NCBI GenBank assembly: GCA_963675525.2
Contig: CAXXSL010000013.1
Coordinates: 320,001-384,000, forward strand
Source: Anaerohalosphaeraceae bacterium
GTDB lineage: Bacteria; Planctomycetota; Phycisphaerae; Sedimentisphaerales; Anaerohalosphaeraceae
Direction of reading: 5' to 3'
Length of the DNA stretch: 64,000 nucleotides
Made by a program: the position numbers and the translations under genes. Position 1 is the first letter of the stretch; the number at the start of each line of letters is the position of its first letter. A model generated the notes under the pieces. The model searched no databases. It was not told the origin of the DNA and saw only the letters and a program-made list of their open reading frames with translations. Shown here one piece after another: positions 60,875 through 64,000 of this stretch.

Positions 60875-61653
60875 CTACTTAAAACGAACCGCATTTTTAG
60901 GACATACTTTCACACACGAATTACAAAAGATACAGGACGGATGAGTGGTTTGGGTACCGTCTTTACTGATTGCATTCATTTTACAGTCTGCGCTGCATTT
61001 ACCGCAATGAATGCAATCACCGCTCACGGAACGGCGGGTGATGCCCAGCCATCCAAGAATTCCCAGCATACCGCCCAAGGGACACAACAGGCGACACCAG
61101 CTTCGCCGTCCTAAAACGGTCATCAGCAGGGTCGCGGCGAATATCCCTATCATTATCCAGCCGATATTTTCCATGCCCCCGCCTGCGGCCTGCTGCTGGG
61201 CGGCGAATGATTCACTGGTGCCCTGTCTGAGCAAGCGCATGCGTTACTATGGTCAGGGGGTCCGCAAAACCAGCCACATTGTATCCAAATCCGGAAGCAA
61301 TCAGCAATCCCAGGCAAATCAAACCGGCAATCCACCAGCGTGTTTGAATATGCATTTTGCGCTTTCGTGCGAGTGTTATAGTATCGGTGATATCAATGCA
61401 CGTTCCAAGCGGACACACCCATCCACAGAAAAAACGCGGAAAGAGCAGCGCCGAAAACGCCACAAGCACGCCACCGACGTAATACGGCGTCCACTGCCAG
61501 GCCGCAAGCCGTGTGGCCATTGTCATAAGCGGACTAACCCGCGGCAGCCACGGCAAAACCACGGAGGCCGGAACCCACACCATCCAGCCAGCAAAACAAA
61601 ATTGCACTCAATATCGCAAGCTGAATTATTCTGCGTAGATAATAGAGAATCAT
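60875..61653 (-). pseudogene. NapH/MauN-like membrane 4Fe-4S protein, two apparent +1 frameshifts
   Basis: ATG 61653 overlaps upstream TGA (MILYYLRRIIQL); RFFCGWVCPLG, WCRLLCPLG and two CxxCxxC motifs are spread over three frames; restored by single deletions near 61593-61596 and 61221-61223. Confidence 0.75.
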
Positions 61654-62618
61654 TTGTACACCGCCCTTTTGAACTGTGTAGCCGCGACGATCAGCAGTCC
61701 GCACGCCAATAAAGAGATTTCAGCCATTGCAACCATCTTCCAATGGTCATACAGAAACTCGCTTTGGGAAGCGGCCATCAGCGAATCCTCCTCTGTGAAG
61801 GTGAAAGATTCCGGTGTGTTTTGATCACTTTGCATTCCGGCTAAGTCCATTGAAATCGAATCCACCCGTGCCACTGAAGTGGCTGTATCTTCCTGCTCCG
61901 ATGCCTGCGAGTCAACAGTATCTGCCCCTCGATGCCAGACTTTACCGTTATCTCTTATGCCGGCAACCCATGCGGCACTCGCTTTATCTTTGAGCAGCAA
62001 CTCATAGCTGTTGCGAACCTGCCCGGCAACCGACTTCCAAATCGGTGTTGCGCCCGTAATGCCTTGAATCTCCTTCGGCCGGGTGATGACTTGAGGATCC
62101 CGAAACTGCTCAAGAAATGTATACTTGCCCGCCTTGTAGGGTTTGTCATCTGCGGCGCGGCCCTTTTCAAATGTATAGACTTTAATTGCGGGCGGTTGGT
62201 GCGGTAAAGCTGTCATCCCCAACAGTATCAGAACCGAGCTTTTTTCATTTCCGATCCGACAGGCCTGTGCTACTCGGAAAATTTCATCACTTTGGCCGTC
62301 GAATGCAACAAGCGTCTCCCGTCCCGGTTCCTGCAGAAAGAAAACATCTCTGTCCGGTCCGAGAAGCATATCGAAAACCGCTTCTCTCTCAGAGGCCGGC
62401 AAAAGATGATACGTATAGGGCACAGCGCCAGGTTTCTCTCCGGATATTGTCAGTTCGGCAGTAACGGCATGGTCTGCCGGATTAACGTCTTCAACAGTCT
62501 GCATCGGTACATCCGTCGGCTCAAAAGTTAAGTGTTTGTATTCCTCTCTGCAGCCGGTCAATACCGTCAGGAACACTAAACCTAAAAGAATTTTATTGCG
62601 AAATCGCATCATTGTCAT
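61650..62618 (-). CDS. Hypothetical lipoprotein with C-terminal TM helix
   Basis: Lipobox LTGC; C-terminal hydrophobic helix; tight coupling to neighbours. Confidence 0.65.
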   Translation of the reverse strand: MTMMRFRNKILLGLVFLTVLTGCREEYKHLTFEPTDVPMQTVEDVNPADHAVTAELTISGEKPGAVPYTYHLLPASEREAVFDMLLGPDRDVFFLQEPGRETLVAFDGQSDEIFRVAQACRIGNEKSSVLILLGMTALPHQPPAIKVYTFEKGRAADDKPYKAGKYTFLEQFRDPQVITRPKEIQGITGATPIWKSVAGQVRNSYELLLKDKASAAWVAGIRDNGKVWHRGADTVDSQASEQEDTATSVARVDSISMDLAGMQSDQNTPESFTFTEEDSLMAASQSEFLYDHWKMVAMAEISLLACGLLIVAATQFKRAVYK

Positions 62619-62619
62619 G

Positions 62620-63675
62620 TTACCCACAAATGCTGCTATTCCATTCATTTTCCAGTCCACGTAAACGAAACATAATCTTCAAAACGGAAGCTGCTTGGTT
62701 CTGTTTAATGGGATACCCTGCCTGGGCAAGCCAGTGGAAACCCTCGAGGGCCTTTTGGATCGCCGCATTGACGACTTCCATTCTTATCGCAGCAAATGAG
62801 CTAATACTGAATTGCGCATTTGCCTGACTCTGCCGCAACTGTTTCCATGTCAAGGAACCGTCGCCGTGGTGAATAATCCAACTAGCCAGCAGATTTGTTT
62901 TATTCGCACAAAGATCTTCTTCAATATCAACCACATCATCCAGCATTTGCAAAGCGACACCGATGGACAGGATTCCTTTTTCGGCTAAATGGAGCGGTTC
63001 GGACAATGCTTTTTCATTTTCAATCGGCGCAACCAGAGACAGCCGGAGCAGTTCCCCGCCAATCTTCTCGTGAACGGTTTGAATGAGAGTTTCGGGATGC
63101 GGAATTTTGTCTTTGTCCGCCATCGAGGTTATGCTTTCACCGGCGGCGATGGAATAGAGACTGTCCACAAGTTTAATTTCGATCCTGGCTGTTTCGGCAT
63201 CGCTATCGGTAACTTCATGAATCGCCTGAGATAGTATGCGCTGAGACATCAGTGTCAAAAGGTAATTCCTCAGCACAGGATTGGCCTGCTCTGATTGTAG
63301 GCGAACCGCCCCCTTTTGTTCTTTGTCGAGAATATTATCTGCATTGGTCACAATGGTCCGCAGGCAATGAAGAATGAGGCCGTACCGAAGCCGGCGATAC
63401 AGCGGAATATCCAATGAAACAAAAACGCTAAGAAACAGAACACTAAAAAAATTCCGTTCAAAATACTGGTGCCGCGGCAGGTTCACATACGGAAACTCGG
63501 CATGAGAGCCGCAAACGCCCCGCTGCATGTGTTCAGCAAACAGATTTTCCACGAAATGGTGCTCTTTAACGGCTCGATTTAATAATGCGATCAGCCGCGG
63601 GCCCTGAAGTCCAAGCTTTACAAAATCCTGGAATCTGTGATAGTCTTTTTTAACCTGACGGATTGTTTTATCCAT
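62620..63675 (-). CDS. Class 1 isoprenoid synthase-fold protein
   Basis: Asp-rich motifs ADNILD and QMLDDVVD, GE and K..G motifs, EDL..K.N. Confidence 0.6.
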   Translation of the reverse strand: MDKTIRQVKKDYHRFQDFVKLGLQGPRLIALLNRAVKEHHFVENLFAEHMQRGVCGSHAEFPYVNLPRHQYFERNFFSVLFLSVFVSLDIPLYRRLRYGLILHCLRTIVTNADNILDKEQKGAVRLQSEQANPVLRNYLLTLMSQRILSQAIHEVTDSDAETARIEIKLVDSLYSIAAGESITSMADKDKIPHPETLIQTVHEKIGGELLRLSLVAPIENEKALSEPLHLAEKGILSIGVALQMLDDVVDIEEDLCANKTNLLASWIIHHGDGSLTWKQLRQSQANAQFSISSFAAIRMEVVNAAIQKALEGFHWLAQAGYPIKQNQAASVLKIMFRLRGLENEWNSSICG

Positions 63676-64000
63676 TGTTGTTTCCTTTTGGTTTGACCGC
63701 CCGAAACATAGAAACCATATTCCATTTTCGCTTGATCAGTTCAATTTCAGTAAACCCCGCCTCCGCCATCAGTTCGGGCAGCACACCGTCCATATTTTCT
63801 TTAATGGCCGGCTGCATCAGGAACAGCCAGCCGCATGTCGTGATAAATTTCGTGAGCGGATTTCCGGGCCGGTCGATGTCAATCGTAACAAAGATACCGC
63901 CGTCACGCAGCACACGATACGCTTCGGCCATTGATTCGCGTTTCAGGTCGATGGGCAAATGATGATAGAACATGCTGCTGAAACAATAGTCGAATGATGC
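63668..64000 (-). CDS. Class I SAM methyltransferase, 5'-truncated by window edge
   Basis: SFDYCFSSMFYHHL, EAYRVLRDGG, AGF. Confidence 0.85.
   Translation of the reverse strand, partial: ASFDYCFSSMFYHHLPIDLKRESMAEAYRVLRDGGIFVTIDIDRPGNPLTKFITTCGWLFLMQPAIKENMDGVLPELMAEAGFTEIELIKRKWNMVSMFRAVKPKGNNNG

Overview
Gene-dense bacterial DNA. The gene style (prepilin-type [15 protein letters not shown]9-DG proteins, PEP-CTERM, dockerin-like tails, ECF sigma/FecR, giant BlaR1) suggests a planctomycete, probably Phycisphaerae; this is an inference. Contents in order: (1) tail of a Wzx-type polysaccharide locus (1-7.7 kb); (2) a pilin-like gene, UDP-GlcNAc pyrophosphorylase, uvrA and nfi; (3) a rhamnogalacturonan-utilisation-like locus with ECF sigma, anti-sigma, two pilin-like genes, a PEP-CTERM protein and two PL11 lyases, with no SusC/SusD (15.5-29.8 kb); (4) a BlaI/BlaR1 pair; (5) a PAPS-synthesis operon beside a Wzm/Wzt glycan cluster with three sulfotransferase-like proteins (36-55 kb); (6) an FG-GAP propeller, housekeeping genes and an Fe-S/prenyl-synthase-like operon. 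Best candidates for new biology: a sulfotransferase fused to a coiled coil extended by 84-bp repeats (possible sulfate-capping chain-length ruler); an anti-sigma factor carrying a circularly permuted copy of a domain reused across the locus; palindromic repeats inserted in frame in nfi and blaR1; and two A-B-A' duplication scars. Four single-base homopolymer frameshifts may be sequencing errors. No rRNA, tRNA, CRISPR, transposase or integrase was recognised. All family assignments come from reading motifs by eye, not from database searches.
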